64,000 bases of DNA, taken from contig CM059432.1 of the NCBI GenBank assembly GCA_030390025.1, positions 26,414,001 through 26,478,000 of the forward strand, in the 5' to 3' direction. The notes beneath the pieces were generated by a model. It had not been told where the DNA came from and searched no databases. It was given only the letters and a program-made list of their open reading frames with translations. Positions 62,317 to 64,000 of this stretch are shown piece after piece (the stretch's first letter is position 1; every line of letters begins with the position of its first letter). This DNA is from Squalus acanthias. Taxonomy: Eukaryota. Position numbers and translations under genes: made by a program.

Positions 62317-63119
62317 AGGGAAAGGGAGAGCTGAAAGAGCCGAGGGGAATGAGTCCCAAAATTCTGTTTGCCCCTCTTGGAACATCAGGTCCCCCACCCC
62401 CTGCAGTTCTGCCTGACAGCCTCCTCTTTTGGGCCACTGCTTTTCCCATCATCAGCATCAATCAGTTCCTGTCTTAAAGCACTTAGTGCACTACTAGTTA
62501 GTTTGTAAACTTATGCAATATTTAATTAACATAAATTTCTATAGACAAGCAAATATTACCTCATAAAATGTTCAAAAGTTTATGCAGCTTGCAAAAAAAA
62601 TTACTTCAAACCCCAAAATAGGTTTTTTTTTAAGAAAAGAACTGTTTTGAATTGGAAGCCAAACTGAAAAAGCAAGGGAATTGCTGTGATTGATATTAGG
62701 CAAGGAAGAATATTAAGATATTAATATGAGGAACCTAATAATTTAAATTTATCTTCTGGCTGGGTTTAAATTGCTTAGAAAACAAACTGAAATATAGTTT
62801 CACTTTTTTACTGAGAAAAAGAAGTCCATTCTTGATAAACAAAACAGAAAAACCTATTAATCCATGCACACTGCGGTGCACAGATGTGATTGGTAACTCT
62901 TTTCAACCTACCGGGAGAACAATATCTAATTGATGTCTAGGCTTTATAGACAGAATGAGGCCTTGAAATAAAAAATGTAATTATGTTACTGTAAAACATG
63001 CAGTTTTTGGAAATGCATGTAAGTTTCAAGGCTGCATGTCAGAAGCACCCAGCATTAAGTGATTAGCTTTCTCTCTTTTTTTTTAAAGGACTGTTTGTGT
63101 CTGTAACAGTGTGATATCT

Positions 63120-63395
63120 GGAGTATGACATTATTCCCTGTGACCCAGCAAATTAATTTCAAGATCCTTGTCCTCACCCTTAAATCCCTCCATAGGCTTC
63201 TTCCATACTACAGTACCTTGGAAATTTTCTCCAAATCTATGTCACAACTTGTAATCACTGTTCTGACACCTAATAAATGTGTGCTTCCCATTCCACTATT
63301 GTAAGTTGACCTTTCAGCAGTTACTTCTTTTCCCTCTGGAACCCTCTTTCAAAACCGCTTTTCCTTGCTATCTCTCTGCCGACCTTCAAAACCAG
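63120..63395 (+). mobile_element. Old L2-like 3' fragment
   Basis: INFKILVLTLKSLH...LWNPL. Confidence 0.5.
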
Positions 63396-63404
63396 AGTCT
63401 ACCT

Positions 63405-63575
63405 CAGCTTTTGAGGAAAGTTTAGATAGATGATTGAAGGAAAGGGGGAATAAAGGGATATGGGAACAGGGCAGGTACGTGGGATTAGGACTACTGCGTG
63501 TGTGGAGGTTAAACACCAACTAATCGGGCCAAACATACTGTTTCCATCTTGTAATTTCTATGTAATTTTATGTAA
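63405..63575 (+). mobile_element. Old CR1 3' tail
   Basis: ttagatag...aagggatatggg...tttctatgtaattttatgt. Confidence 0.55.
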
Positions 63576-64000
63576 AACCTATATACACATGTAATCTTCA
63601 ATCATACATTTGGTCCCCGCCTTTGAAATTCTTCACTTCCTTTGGTGGAAGCCTCTCCACCTTGTAAAGCATTCTGGGATGTTCACCACTCAAGGAATGC
63701 TACATGTAAGTGATTGCAGCCTTTCAAAGGTTAACATATTCTACAATCAACTGGAAGAAGCTTTATGTGTTTTTAGAACATATCCTGCAGGGCAAACTGT
63801 AAATCCTCTTGGATTTCTGTTTAGGAGAATGCCAAACAAACTTAATCCTATAGAGTTTTTGATATGTCCTATTTGTTCTTATAGGATCTCCCAAAGCAAA
63901 TTGCAAAGCTGGTAGCCTGTTTTGTAGGATTACAAAGGGTGAAATTCAGTTGATGTACAAATCAGTTTTTTTTTTGGTTTTATATGCTGACCATGTTGTA

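Overview
Eukaryotic DNA, most likely from a shark or other cartilaginous fish. I infer this from recalled similarity to HER/CR1 LINEs, HE1-type V-SINEs and SacSINE1/DeuSINE-like repeats. I found no host gene that I can support; most of the window is nested transposable elements. Contents: two near-full-length CR1 LINEs with esterase ORF1 and APE-RT ORF2 (4514-11803 and 37552-41915, both minus) plus many CR1 fragments; two decayed two-gene Harbinger transposons (DDE transposase plus 3-exon Myb/SANT gene) and related MITEs; two ~1.6-1.7 kb solo LTRs of one family with 4-bp TSDs; Penelope-like elements carrying minimal hammerhead ribozymes; RTE fragments; and several SINE families. Most interesting observations: (1) a LINE family whose 5' end is a tRNA-like Pol III SINE head running into the endonuclease with no ORF1, with a short head+tail SINE of the same family nearby; (2) an RTE flanked by a 166-bp target duplication; (3) an inverted double-hammerhead cassette enclosing captured Harbinger sequence inside a Harbinger transposase; (4) the same TGA at an expected Trp codon in both diverged Harbinger Myb genes. 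Family names come from recall and motifs, not database searches, and the ends of old elements are approximate.
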